From Schmidtea polychroa (taxonomy: Eukaryota): a stretch of 64,000 bases of DNA. A program made the position numbers and the translations under genes. The notes beneath the pieces were generated by a model. That model did no database searches. It saw only the letters and a list, made by a program, of their open reading frames with translations, and was not told where the DNA came from. This document shows, piece by piece, positions 14,701 through 28,849 of the stretch; positions within the stretch are counted from its first letter, which is position 1; each line of letters opens with the position of its first letter. The stretch is taken from NCBI GenBank assembly GCA_044892525.1, contig CM097885.1, positions 35,342,001 through 35,406,000 on the forward strand, read 5' to 3'.

Positions 14701-17700
14701 TCTTACACTCTCTTATTATTTTATCTATATTAAATTCAGTTTGTTTAAAATAAAAAAAAATAATTTGTTTTCGTCAAAGCCGTTAAAAATCATTTTTGAA
14801 ATTAGTTTATTATTTGAGAAAAAGAAAATATTAATAAAAATATTTTTGTGTTCGACTTTCAATCATTCATGCTTTTGGTTATCTCCGGTAACATAGCCAA
14901 TCATCAATGACGAAATGGCAGTCTTCCCACCATGCAAAATTAGTAAAATATGCCTCTCGCCTTTGGGAACTCGTTATCTACATCTATTCACAACAGAAAA
15001 AAGCCGCTAGTTAATCATTTGTGCCTTGCATTTGCACAGCACAAGTAAAATATCAGCTGGAGTGAGAAATCACAGGAAAATATTATGTAACACATGTTGC
15101 ATTTTCTCGGTTTCAGAAACTATAAATTTTCTTTAATTTAAAATAACTTTCTTGTAAAATCGATGATCAAAATAGTAAGTGAAGTCACAGATTTATGTCT
15201 ACGACTGCCTAGAATATATATTTTACTCCTTAATATATAATTTCTTTTTCAGTGTTTCATCTGATTCTTTTGAGTGAGGTTTCTTATCCAGGCCGCTTGA
15301 AATTTACTGGGACTTTTTTACACAAAAATGCATTTTGGTTGGGTTTTGATAAATACTGCTCATAGATTGCCATTTTATTTCTGGAGAATTAACCATTTTT
15401 TTGTTTCCATTTTTGATAATTTATAATTATATTTTTACACTTTTTTATTCTTTTTTTCTCTTTTGACTTTCGTAAATACAATCATTTAAAACTTATTTTA
15501 ATGTTAATAATTTGTCACCATAGTTGGTTTATTTAAATTAAATAAATTTTTTAAATCATGGGATAATCAAAAGACAAAAATTTATTTTATAATGTAAATA
15601 CATTACATTTATTTTTGTTTTAAATGCCTTTAAAAAATAATTAACACGTAATTTTGGAATAAATACTGACTGATTTTTGAGTCAAATTACAAATAAAATC
15701 TTGTATTTTTGGTTTATAGTTTAAAGTATTTTGGAATTATTTCGAAAAAACGTGAGTCAGATATTTTTTTAATTATAATTAATTAAATAAATAAATCCCC
15801 AAAAATATGTATTTTTTTAAAAAATTTTGGGAAAAATCGCTGATTATAATAATTTTTGTAATTTTTTTTCTGAGCTCAATATGAGGGGATTTTTTAAGGA
15901 AATAAAATCTGGAGTAAAAAGATATTGAACCAAATTCATCTGCTCTTGATATTTTCATTAAAAATATAATTTTAAAAATTTTCAACGATCTTGTTTTTCT
16001 AAAAATTGTCTAAAATAGAATTATTATAGAAATGTATCTCATCGTTACATTTCTACGAATCAAAAGTTTGTATGTGTTTTTTAATATGTGTTGCGTTTGT
16101 GTGCAGTTTTTAATTTTTCTTCCACTTTTCAGATTTCTTTAGTATAAGATGTATCTCATTGAGCTATAAATGAGAACATCAACGTGAAATCAAAGTAAGT
16201 ATGTATGTTTCTCAAATGTAAGATTATTGATTTTTTGTCATATTATAGGAAACGGTTCTCAGTGATGTTTGGTGTAGTTCTTAAATGCTAGAAAATTAAA
16301 CTAAAACATACAGTACACAGCCTACTTTGGCATCAATATTTTAATTTATCAATGTGGTTTTTGGTGAACATAAATAAGTTGGTAAAGTTCATATTTTTAA
16401 AATTTTGCCATTCACTATTTCATTAGACTAGAATTAAAATATTTAAACAACTATTATCAATAATGTTAAACAAGTAAATGATAAAGTAAGCATTTTGTCG
16501 CAAAGTATATATTCAATAAAATGGAATAATTTTCGATTATGAAAATAGTTCTTATCAATTTAATAATATCATAAATAATGTAAATTTTGTAAATCATCAA
16601 ATTTGTAAATTTTTATAAAATTGTTTCATTATTTTTATTAAATTATTATTCGCCGTAATTAATATTTTTAAAATCATTTACGCGAATTAATTTTCCAAAT
16701 TCTGCAAGAAATTTAAATACCTTGACATGGTGGTCAAAGTGATAAAAAAATAAACAATGATAAATGTAAATTTATCAATGACATAAATTAATTATAAATA
16801 ATACAAATTATCTTTTTCATTAATAAATACGAATGTAAAATAAAAAAAAATTTTTAAATTGATTTCAGTTGTCGAATTCATTTAATTGTGTGAATTGTTT
16901 ACATTGGGTCGTAAGTCAACAATTTTTGATCGGTTTCGATAAAAGAAATCTTTAAATGAATTTGAACCGCGTAGCAATAATTTTCTTTTAACCCGACTTT
17001 TATAAATTTGGAATAAATTAATTGTTTTAAGGACAAAACTCATGTAATATAAATAAGGATAATTAAATTTTGTTTTAAACTTCACAAATTAATTAAAATT
17101 TTAATTATTTCCATTTAGTTTTTAGTTGACTATTGATTAATTTTTAGTATTTAACACAAAACATTAATCAATAATCATAGACTAAATAAAGATTGAAAGT
17201 GAAAAGAGATCAATGGTGAAGAAAAAATATATTATTTTCACTATTGCATGTTTTTGTAATATAAAACATGAAATTAGTTAAATTAAAATGTAATGACTTT
17301 AATTTCTTTTTTTTATTATTAGATGACAATATATCCAATAAAATTTCTAAAAAAGGATAACACACTAATTTTTCCTGATTTTCAAGTGCTATTAGACCAG
17401 TGTTTCCCATGGTAGGACACCGTGCTTCAGAAGTGGGACACATCAGCAATTATCAACTATTCCACATGTTTTTTAAATATAATATGTTCATTCATGACTA
17501 AATATAACAACGTGCAGACATAAATTTCATTGACCGTTATTTTTGGATACTAGCAATACTGATTATCAATGTTTGGTAGCTACTTCAAAGGGCCGGTGGG
17601 GGGGGGGCGTGTGACTTTTGAAAATGCTACAGTGGAGCATTGTATAAGTTCATAATTAAAAACTATTTATTGAGACATTTTGATTTATTTTCTATTGAAA

Positions 17701-20700
17701 AAGAAAAGATAAATCAACTTCAAATATTTCTTTCAAAGATCAAGAATAAACAGTGATGTATAAATGGCGAATCTTTCAGGAAACTTCCTAATATCCTTAA
17801 CCCTTTCGCACCGACTTTCCGCTAATGACACTATACTAAATTTATATATTGGAACTTGTTAATATTGACCTAAATATGAAATATTCTCATTTTTGTAATC
17901 GTGGCGCTTCTGAATATCCTAGAAAGTCCTGGGATAATAAGTCCCAATAGGCTTTTATGGACCATTCAAAATATCCCAGTAGGATCATGATGAAAGTTTC
18001 TGGGACGTATTGTCCCAATAGGGGCGAAAGGGTTAAACTTTGTTGGAAATTTGAAAGAACAGGCACTGGTCCATACCTTATGTTTAAGGGACCTTTTTCT
18101 CTTTTGTTGAGAATTACTAAAAATAAAACAGTCGGAAATTTAAATAAAATAAAAGTGTAAAATTTCGTATGTGTACAATAAAATTAAAATATATATATTC
18201 GATTAAACCAGTGGTTCTTAACCTGGGGTCCATGGACCCCCAGGGGGTCCGCGAACAGGTTCCAAGTGGTCTGTGGCACCATTTACAAAAAACTTTTATT
18301 ATTTTTGTTTGAGGCTGAATAAACAGATTTATAAATAATTATTAAAAAATGTATGTGTTTTACTATCAATTTATTAATTTTTTAACATTTAAGGGGTCCG
18401 TCGGTACCAATTATATATTTATGGGCTCCATAAGTTTGAAAAGGTTAAGAACCCCTGGATAAAACAAATATATATTTTCTAATTTTATTGTATTTACATA
18501 TTTTTCAACAATGTAAACAAATTTGAAAATATCTAAACACATCTATTAGAGTTTATAAACTACCAATATTTCGGTACTGTAAATACTACGCAAAATAGAC
18601 TATTGGTACATTGGTATTGCAATGACATAAAATAATATTTTTTTACTTTTATTTTAATCAAACTATTCAAGTGACACGATTAATAAGCATAAATATTCGA
18701 AACTGTACAATTATTTGAAATGTCATAAAATGTATTTAAATAGAAATTCAGTGTAAATTATGCTCGTCACCAGACATGACACTAAATGCACGGCCTGGAC
18801 TGCCTATAATTGAGTGCTACGAAAAGAAAAGAAATGCCTATCGGTAGACATTTGGCGCTGAACGTGTTAAAGTTGTTGATTGTTCCTTTAATATTGTTAA
18901 TTCCAAACTTAATGGTTTAATTTAATTATAATATTTTTAATTAAACTATTAAATAACAACTAGTTTAATCCACCGCCAAGCATGACGGGAAAAGTTAAGA
19001 TGATAATAAAAATAAAGTTAATTTTTTGTAAATTTTATTTTTAAAAAGTTAAATTTTGTTTGCATGAATTTTATGCTATAATCAGCAGTACTTAATTTAT
19101 ATGTTAAATTTAATATAATTCGATCTACTTTAATGAATTCTGAATAATTTACATGCATATGCATCTGACACACGAAATAACAAACAAACAAATTAATGAC
19201 GGCTATTATATTATTAATGGTAATTTTTCACATAAAAAGGCACCAGTTATTAAAATATTTTTGCAATATATTTTAACAGCTCGGGTTTCATCATCATGCA
19301 CTAAACAACTTCAATAAAAGCGATTATAATTAATGGTTCATTAATAATTATACAATTATATCTGCAAATTCTATTAAAATTTATTAATACTAATAAAGTT
19401 AATTAAATGCTTTCATAATACACGTTGTTTGTGAATTTTGTATGTTGATTTTGAGGTTAAATTATTTTATGAAAGTTTTGGAAGTGTTGGATCGCGAAGG
19501 GAGGCTCATGAAGACTTTCGTATGAACTCAAAACTATAGAATAGACCCAAATAAATACAGGATTAACATAGATGCGGATGATAGATGAAAACCAATTTCA
19601 AAACTAAATCACAAGCATCATCAATCATATCCATTACAATACTTTCAGTATTAATCAAAGGTTTTAGCTGAGGTGTTGAAATATATAGCAAAAATATTTT
19701 TTTTAAAAAGGTATTCTTTTATTTTTATTATTTTTATATTGTAATGATTAATAATTTGATTATAGAAAATGAGGATAAACAATTAATTTACATCTAACTA
19801 AGATATAATCAAAAGTTATATTAAAATTTTTGTTAAAAATTTATATTTCTAACATTTATAATAAGCAGTGTCGATAATTACTGTTAAATATAAAAAATGA
19901 AGATGAAAGAAACTGCAAAAAAGATAGTAGGTAAAAGGTGAAAATTATTTAACTGAATTTAATACAGGTTTTGCACTCCTAATTCAACATTTCTAAAAAA
20001 CTACTTTGTAAAATTAAATTTTTCTATATACTCTAATATAATATAATGTATAAATTTAACTTTTATGAAAATAATTTCAAATTTATTAAGAACTTTTTTC
20101 AATTTTCACCACTGATTTCTTTTCAATTGACATTGTATTGTATTTATTAAAAAGCTTGACTATGAATCGGTAAATATATCGATGTTTTTTTTGAAAAAAA
20201 TCTTCATTTTTTTCAATATATACTTTGCAGCTAATATTATTATTTATATTAGCATCTATTAATTAATTCCTTGCGGTCCTATGTCAAGTCTGGCTAGACA
20301 TCGACTTTTCCACGCAGGTCCTATGTCGAATTGAACTCGACATTCCAACAATTGCTCATTTGAAGTTTCAGAACGCTTAATGATAACACCCTTAAGCAAT
20401 TCAAAAAATAATTTGAATTTATATTGTATGATTGTCATAAAATAAAATTTTAATTCCAAAAACTAACTTTTATTAAAAAAACCCAATTTAGTTCAAGAAA
20501 ATCATATATACAAAAATCATTAAAACAATTGTGGACCCGGTGCGTGATTCTTGTTTTACGGACCGCAAAGAGTTAACTCTATTAAATGAAACAATTAAAA
20601 CTATTGAATATCAAGGTTACATTAATAGAGGAATATTTTGTGTGAATTAATTTATTTAGTCAACGTTTTATATGAGTCAATTATGGAAGGCGCAAAATAA

Positions 20701-22648
20701 ACTTAAATTTTAAATAATCCTATAATTAAGTCATAATCCATGGTAATTAAAATTTTTTATTTAACTTTATTATTTCAATTATAAAATCCAATGTAATTTG
20801 ATTAACTATTTTTATACTTGTATATTACTCTCATTAATCATGTCTAAAATCACAGAATAAATAAATAAATAAATTTGATTGGATAATTTCAATAATTTGT
20901 TTGTTCAAATCAATGAATTTGACCTGTGACGTGAACCTTGTGGCATATTATATACATTTATCTAAGAATATTCTGAAAATTAAATTATCTTTTTTTCTTA
21001 ATAATCTCTTCTGTAAATTCATTATATCTTTTTTTATTTGTTTTCTAACTCATCGACTTTTCTTTTCTGTTTATTAAGTTTCTCTTAATCAATTTTATTT
21101 TAAAAAAAAACTTTTGTAATATTAACCGTTTGCGGACAGTAGGCCAGCAGTGCTGGTCAAAATTTTGTTCCAAACGTTCTACAATGTATAATGGCCAGCT
21201 GTACTGGCCAAGCTTTTAAAAAATCATACCACAATATCGGGCATTCATATACTAAAAAATTATTCTAAAATATATACTACTTATTAAAATTAATTCCGTT
21301 AAAAAATCCTTTCTATAAAATTATCATATAAACAATGTGAGATTATAGTAAATTCATTAAATCAATATTATTGAAACATAAATATAAACAAAAATGTCCA
21401 AATTATTAAAAGTGTAAATCTTATAAATAAATAAAATTACTAAAACTTTTGCAATTATAAGCACTAATTTGTAATAAATTTTTCATGAATGATTTTGATT
21501 TTTTATTTATTTCAATTTGTCCTAAATTCTTCCTCTTTTTTAAATCTGTCGCCATTAATTTGTTGACACAATTTTCGGTGCACCGAATGGCTCTATAGAA
21601 ATTCAACTTGAGAATAGTACTTTTTATTTGGAACCTGTTTAAGTTTAACATGTTACCATTTAATGAAATTGAAATGCGATGTGAAAAACAATTTGTAACT
21701 TTCATTATAAGACAGGGCGGTGTATTTTGTTTTTATTCTCATTAATCGTTTGATAAAATTTGATCGTTCAAAGTTGATTATTCATAGACTTTCCTAAGTG
21801 AATCCGTAATTCTTTCAGTTGGTGCTAAATTGGTTTCCACAGTCTAAACCACTTTAAAAAATATCCTTTTTTGTCGCATTATTTAAAAATATCTTTAAAT
21901 TTTGATTAATCACTCCTATTATATGTGAAAGAATTTTAATTAAAAATAAATCCTAATTAACATATTCTATACGGCTAGAATTTTGTCAATTTTCCACGGA
22001 GCGCGACTTTCGTTTGCTTCTTGTTACGTAATGTTATTTTTCTACTACAGAAAATGAGTTTAGGATCAAAGTTGGATTAAAAAGGATATTTTCAAGTGAC
22101 TCACATTGCGCATGAATATTTATTAAAATTAATAAAAATTAAAAGTAAATTAATATTTCAAGATGTTAATGATAAACAATGTGAAATTATGACATGCAGA
22201 GCGGTCCTCAGGAATTATGGTGCATTAAGGGTGCCCCCATTGCATTGGTAGTAAAGTGAGAAATATGACTAAATCACATTATGGAAGACATTTAGCGTAA
22301 CTGATTGTTTTATTTTTCATTTTTCATTAATATTTTATGGTTCTGTCCCACTATTCCCAATTCCCACTATTCCCAATTCCCACTATTCCCAATTCACACT
22401 ATTCCCAATTCCCATTATTCCCAATTCCCACTATTGACAATTCCCACTATTCCCAATGACCAGTAAGGCCACCCACATCTAAAAACTTTAGTTCATTATT
22501 TATAAATATAATGTTTTTTTTGCATAAAACCATGAATTGGGAATAATGGGAATTGGGAATAGTGGGAATTGGGAATAGTGGGACGACACGCACAAGGTAC
22601 TGGTCATATTCAACATGTCGCAAGGGTATTATTAAACAAATCAACATT

Positions 22649-22716
<68 letters not shown>

Positions 22717-25700
22717 CTATATACTCCGAGTCTATCCGACAAAATATTTTGTCCCCCTATGGGTAATGCTCACAAGGGTACTGGTCACGCTCAACAACTC
22801 GCAAGGGTATTATTAAACAAATCAACAAAACATATAATCTACAAAATTACGTGTGGTTTTGAACTAATGGGACTTAAGTTTTGTATAATTTGAAAATAAT
22901 AAAAATTGTGAATAGTGGGAATTGGGAATAGTGGGAATTGGGAATAGTGGGAATTGGGAATAATGGGAATTGGGAATAGTGGGACGACACGATATTTTAT
23001 ATAATACGAAAACACGTTTTATATATAGCAGACGTCAAAGAATATTAGATATGTACTAAATGATAACAAAATTTACGTGATTTGCTTGAATGCAAGTGTA
23101 ACGTCGACTGTTGCTGTAAGACAATTGTTGTTTCAAACTGGTTTGAGGTGTTTGGAGATTTTTAATTGTTGTCGAGATTTTTAATTAGACTGGAACAGTT
23201 GACTTAATTTAGACTAGTTAACTATAAAGTTTTTAAAAAATAGAATTTTGTATTATTATAAGATTATTGTTTTAAAAAATCTGTACTTTTATTTGTAAAT
23301 TTTGGCTCCTTAGATGGCTGCCTATATCGTTTATGCATATTTATTTATTTATAGTTCTTTGTGACTTCACCCTCATTTTTAACTATAGAAAAGTAGTGCA
23401 GCAATTTATATAGAGTATTTATGGTCAGTTTTTTTGTAAAAACTTTTTAAAAAATGCGTTAAATTATTTGATTTAAACAATATTTCCTTCATACTTATGG
23501 TTATGTGAAAGATTTAACAACTGTTTGATTTTTGATAATGTAATATTTTCACTTAAAGATAAACCGTATGAGTCAACCTAATAGAGTAACAATTTGCATT
23601 TCTCAACACTCTAAGTCACTCTTAATTCAAAATCGTATTTACATGATGTCTTCTACCCCCCCATCAGCTTTATTATCTCACAAATTGGAAACAGAAACTT
23701 ATTAAAATATATATTTTAAGATGTTTACGATTTGTCAAATAAAATTCTTCACTGATATTATTATGAAATTTATTTGTTTTAATAATAAGAAATTTTTAAT
23801 TACATATTATTAGAAAAATTTAATCTACTACTGACAACTTCATTGACTTTAATGTTTTAATCAATTAAAATTAATCTTTTAAGATTTTTATTTTAAAAAT
23901 AATTCAAATCTGAGGAATTTTATTTCTTTGAAATTATTGCGAATCACGATAAAAAATTTTTTCACTCATATTTGACATTCATTTTCGTTTGCAAATCTTA
24001 ATTAAAATCTTTAAAATTCGTGTTTGTTTTAGTTTAAAGTCCTTTATGTATATCTTCGAAAATTTAAGATTAATTTTCATATTGATTACTTTATGGAATA
24101 AAATCTCAAAATATTTTTTAATAGCACATTTTTTCAATTATCGCATAAGTGACATTTTTTGCCATAAATTGGAAACCCGTGGATAAGTCGAAGTAAGAAA
24201 AGTAAAAAATTTAAGATATTGCAAAAAATATGAGAAAAAAAGTTTAAAAAAAATTCAAAAAGTTCAGATTCAATCATCTAAAAGTTCATTGTAGAACTCA
24301 TCTTCTTTCTACCATTTGTTCGTTAATGATGTTTAAAAATATTTTTTGATAAATTACAATTTTTTAAGAATTTTAATTTATTTAATCGATTATTTATTGA
24401 AAAAAATCACTTTTCTAACTAAAAAATAAATGTATAATTAAAAAATACTGTATAATAAAAAAAACTAACACTACAAATTATAACCAATTTAATATTTTTG
24501 CTAAAAATTTATTTGTACTTTGTTTGACCCGTGTATAAGTTAAAGTGGCTATTTTGACTTGAAAATTTGACGAAAATTTCTCGACTTATACGCGTGTATA
24601 TATGGTATGTATTTTCGGAAAGCTTCTTCTTTTCATTATAATAATTAAATGGGCACATTTTGTCACTTAGCAACTCATATTTTTATACTCATTCCACTAC
24701 GGTATTCTAAGAGTTCTATGAATAATACTAGAAATGAAAGAAAAAGTTATATCTTACGCAAGGAAACCGAGCATTCATTACATCGTCAGAACATGATTTA
24801 GTATAATTAATCTTTGAAATTTCTCTTGGAAGGCGTGCATGTACTTATTTTCAGAATGATATTTTGGCTTTTTTTAAAAATACAGCTTACAAATAAATGA
24901 CCCCAAAAAGAATTGTCTAGTTAATACAAAAATGAAAGGAAATAAAAATATCAAAAGGATAATGATAGCTGCAGAAGAAATACCCTTGCAACCAGTACCC
25001 ATAGGGGGACAAAATATCTTGTCGGATATATCTTGCATAGTTGTACTGCGCGCTGCGATTCATCGATCAATATTCGGTGCGCAATAGTCGGCGCGCTAAA
25101 TCATCACTAATAATTTTTGTTAAATTTTTTACATAGCATTTAACACTAAAATGAATTTATTTGATTTTACCTCTTTTTCAATAAATCATACGAGAAAAAT
25201 ACATTGTTCACTTTTCTTTCATTAAATAGTCAAATGAAAAAATAATGTTTTTTAATTTTTCCTTAACAAAATTTTTAATAATATTTTTTATGAATTTTGT
25301 TTTATTTGTAAATATATTACTTCTTATTATTACTACAAAAAAGATTTTTATTACAAATTCTTACGAATAAATATAAAAATATATTTTGCTAAATTTTGGT
25401 ATAAATTATTTATAATAAATAATGAAGCTCATATCAATCCAAATAAAAAATATTAAAAAATTTATTGATTAAAAATTTAATTTTGATAAATGGGGAATGC
25501 AATTAAAAAACTCGATAGAGAAATTCTGAAATAATTAGTAGAAGTTGTTATAAAAAATACAAACAAGAAGCCATCAGTTGGTGCCAAATTAAATGATAAA
25601 GTAAATTTATCCCATTTTTCATAACGAAAGATGAGCCGATATATTAAGAACATTAAAATGTCAGAATTAGGGAGTGATGGACAGAATGGCTGCCAAAGTT

Positions 25701-26292
25701 AATTATTTATATTTTCCTGCAATTGATTGATGGAGGCGATTAATAAATAATGATTTGTTTAATAACTATTATCAATAATTATTATTGATTTATCCAAAAA
25801 AAATCAAAGAAATCATTTTTTACCTGTTCCATCTGTTAACTGAATACAAGACGCTTTATTTCCAGATGGAAACTTCCCGCAATTGACAATTGACGGCCAT
25901 TCAAATCCATATATTTTCAGTCTTGGGAGACATTGTTCTTTAACCGAAGTGCACAATTCTTCACACGGAAAAACACGAGTAAATCGATGGCCTTTCAAAC
26001 ATATGGGTGCGTAAATTGTACAAAGAAACTTCTCCAAATCGACATGACACTTCGTATGCAAAAGTATTATCCAGATGTTCGATTGATAAATTGAAAACCC
26101 ACTTTTCGAATTTCGAAGAAGACCTGAAAAGGTTTTCATAGAATTTAAAACGCCCGCTCCTCCACAAAGTGTGTGATTTGCGAACTTGGGATAACACTGG
26201 TTTAATTTTTGCCGACTTGCGTCTACTCTAAAATCGACTGAGAAGAGACTGGTCAATACCAATAACACCAAAAGACTTCCAATAAGACGCAT
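11765..26292 (-). CDS. sFRP: Secreted Frizzled-related protein, 369 aa; exons 26292-25824, 12499-12404, 12360-12289, 12237-11765
   Basis: Exon 1: signal peptide plus Frizzled CRD with all 10 Cys. Exons 3-4: NTR domain (NCPIC...NFCKYSLVIRAKI...CKC...WLLIG...KW...FC) with 6 Cys. All three introns are GT-AG and phase 1 (13324, 43, 51 bp), giving 1110 nt in frame. Paralog number not assignable. Confidence 0.9.
17801..18032. mobile_element. piggyBac-type MITE
   Basis: TIRs CCCTTTCGCACC / GGGGCGAAAGGG, flanked by TTAA on both sides. Confidence 0.85.
18209..18457. mobile_element. hAT MITE
   Basis: TIRs CAGTGGTTCTTAACCT / AGGTTAAGAACCCCTG; 8-bp TSD GATTAAAC/GATAAAAC (7/8 match). Confidence 0.85.
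20085..20190. repeat. Dispersed repeat; inverted copy at ~39475-39572
   Basis: AAGCTTGACTATGAATCGGTAAATATATCGATG matches the reverse complement of the 39.5-kb copy. Confidence 0.7.
20267..20572. mobile_element. piggyBac-type MITE
   Basis: TIRs TTCCTTGCGGTCC / GGACCGCAAAGAG with TTAA flanks. Confidence 0.75.
21126..21160. mobile_element. piggyBac-type terminus (same family as 37705-37776)
   Basis: TTAA followed by CCGTTTGCGGACAGTAGGCCAGCAGTGCTGG; the other end was not found. Confidence 0.6.
22339..22991. mobile_element. Mutator/foldback-type non-autonomous element with 16-bp subrepeat TIRs and 9-bp TSD
   Basis: Arrays of CCCACTATTCCCAATT on the left and their reverse complement at 22535-22590 and 22910-22991; perfect 9-bp TSD ATATTTTAT. 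Confidence 0.85.
24175..24605. mobile_element. pogo/Tigger-type non-autonomous remnant
   Basis: Right end CGACTTATACGCGTGTATATATGG|TA resembles the TIR of 59156-61859. Confidence 0.5.
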
Positions 26293-28849
26293 TTCGAAAA
26301 TCAAAGTAAATACGACAACTACATTTTAGGTTTTATAATGTATGAAAAATTTTATGAAATTTACATTTCACCAACTTAATGGACCAATAGGATTCTTTCA
26401 AGCAACTGCGCATGCAATTTTTGGAATAAATGCCGATTTATGGGTTACAGACTAATTTTTAGACTTTGACTTGGATTCATTTTGATGCCACTTCTGCCGT
26501 TGATGCTGGCAGAGCAAATATCCCGCTATTTCCCAGTAGCAGCAATCCCAATGTACACTATTTCGTTGATAAATGTTAATCAACATATGGACAACAACAA
26601 TACCTACCAAGTGAAATAGAGGATACCAAAAATCAAAACAAGTCAATATTTTCTCATTTTTACATCTCCAAGTTAGTCTTCATTAAATTTTTATTGACGA
26701 TTTATTCGCCAATTTGTATGTTTTAGTGCAATAAATTTACTGTGCTACTATATTTTTTTCAAAATACATTTTACTTTAAGAATAATGCCAATTCATATTG
26801 TTATTTTACCATGATTTAGCTGTCATACTTTGCTTCATGACGCATATCACGCAATATCAACTCAAACTGATTTATATTAATTACTTACTTCATTATTACA
26901 TAATAACTACTAAACCTTTTGGGGTTTTTATTAATGATTTTAAATATTTTTATTTTATTTTATTATAATTTATTTATTTAATTTATCAGAAAATTTAGAA
27001 AATTAATTTGAAACAATAAAAAAATAATACAGAAATTACACTTTTGACAAAAAAATACAGAAATATAATAAAAATTTCGGAAAATGTCTATAAAAAGTGA
27101 AAAGAAAAAATATTATAGTTTGTATGAATAAAATATTATTAAAATTTCTAAAAATAATACAAATTTTATTTATTTATTTTTTATATGTATTAAATTTTTT
27201 TTAAATGCATATTATTTTAAAATTTTAAAAAGTTTTATAAAAAAAATAATTGTTTTGTAAAAAATCTAAAAAAAGATGCCAAAATATACAATTTTGTTTA
27301 TTTTAAATGTTTTATTTAAATATCACAAATAATTCTTATTAAATGTTAATAAATTTTAAATTTGCAGCAAAACATTATTATATTATTTATTATTATAATT
27401 ACTACTATTATTATTTTTATTATTAATCAATAAATAAAATTTATGTTTAAAGAACGTTCGTGGGGTGCCAAAATAAAATACTGTTATGTGATTCGAAATA
27501 ATTGACGTTTGTTTGTGGAAAAGTGCCGTTGCCAATTATTACAGAAACTTTGATTTATTTTGTACGAATTCCGACTGATTGTTATATTTACAAGAAATAA
27601 AATAGCAAAATTAAAAATCAATCACAAATTTGATTGACATAATTAATAACTTGACGACAAAATTACGTAAGGCACTCCAATGACCACTTGAATGGAAAAA
27701 TGATATAATTCCAATTCAATTAATGTTACAAACGGAATATCGCAATTGTTTTTAATAGCAAATTATTCATTAGGTAAATAATCACTGAAATATTGGTAAA
27801 TTTAATATATTGAATTCATGCATTAAAACAAATAATTATGATTAATTATGGATGGATAAATAGCCCAATTTTATCAGAGGGTATACTGTATATGTCATAA
27901 AAGTCAAGGGATATACGGCTGACAATACTGTTACTTCGTGAGGGTGTGATTTAAATTAGATTGTAAATAATTATGTAGCTCACCTATTTTTCTAGGAATT
28001 CGTCCCATATGGCATGACGAGATAAATTTACACAAGTCTCACACAACCTTTATTGAATTGAAATCTGTTGATAACTAGTGTTTTATAAAATAAGATCTTT
28101 TGTAATTTTTCAATCAAAACTTTTTGATTTCACTAATAAACATTACATTCAACACTTTTGTAGTGTGTAAAGGCACTCGCAAATACCATAGCTGAATTTG
28201 CTATTCATTCAAAACAAAGAATAAAGTTTACATCGAATAGCCTCCCCTACATCCCTAATGTTTATAAATATAAATATTCAGCTATAAATATTCGACATAA
28301 TATAATTTGTTTTTTTAATTACCTTTTCATGTTATCAATGGTGGAATATTTCTGTTTTTAGGTGTTAGTTGAATGAAGTTCGTAAATTTAATCATTTTGA
28401 TAAGCGGCAGTCAAACAAAAAATTTGGTGACCATAATAATTTTCTAAAATTTAAAACTAAATATATTAATAAAATATTAACTTGTATATGATCTTTTGAT
28501 TGACTTCCTCCCTTAAATAATAAATAAAAATTTATATTAAATATTAATTAATTCTATCAATTTACGTGAATTTATGACACAAGGATTTTGATAATAAATA
28601 ACAAATGGTCAGCAAATAGATATCCCGAAAAATTGTTGTTATTTTTAAGAAATTGACTGATATAAATAACACTTAAAAATTGCTGTGGCGAAAATTGGTG
28701 TTAAATACAAAATATTGATCTATAGTCGAGAGCTAAATGAACATAAATGAGATCAATTGTCATTTAATAATATTAGCATTTTCTATAAATAATACCGTTT
28801 TCAAAATGTTTTACTCGAATAATTTCAATTTATTTCCTACTTAATTTAA

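Noticed and set aside
14500..15100. Exon-like decayed coding sequence inside sFRP intron 1
   Set aside because: Stops in the frames examined and no recognisable motif; not needed for the sFRP frame.
22348..22455. CRISPR-like array of 16-bp repeats
   Set aside because: No spacers, eukaryotic context; these are subrepeats of a Mutator TIR with a 9-bp TSD.
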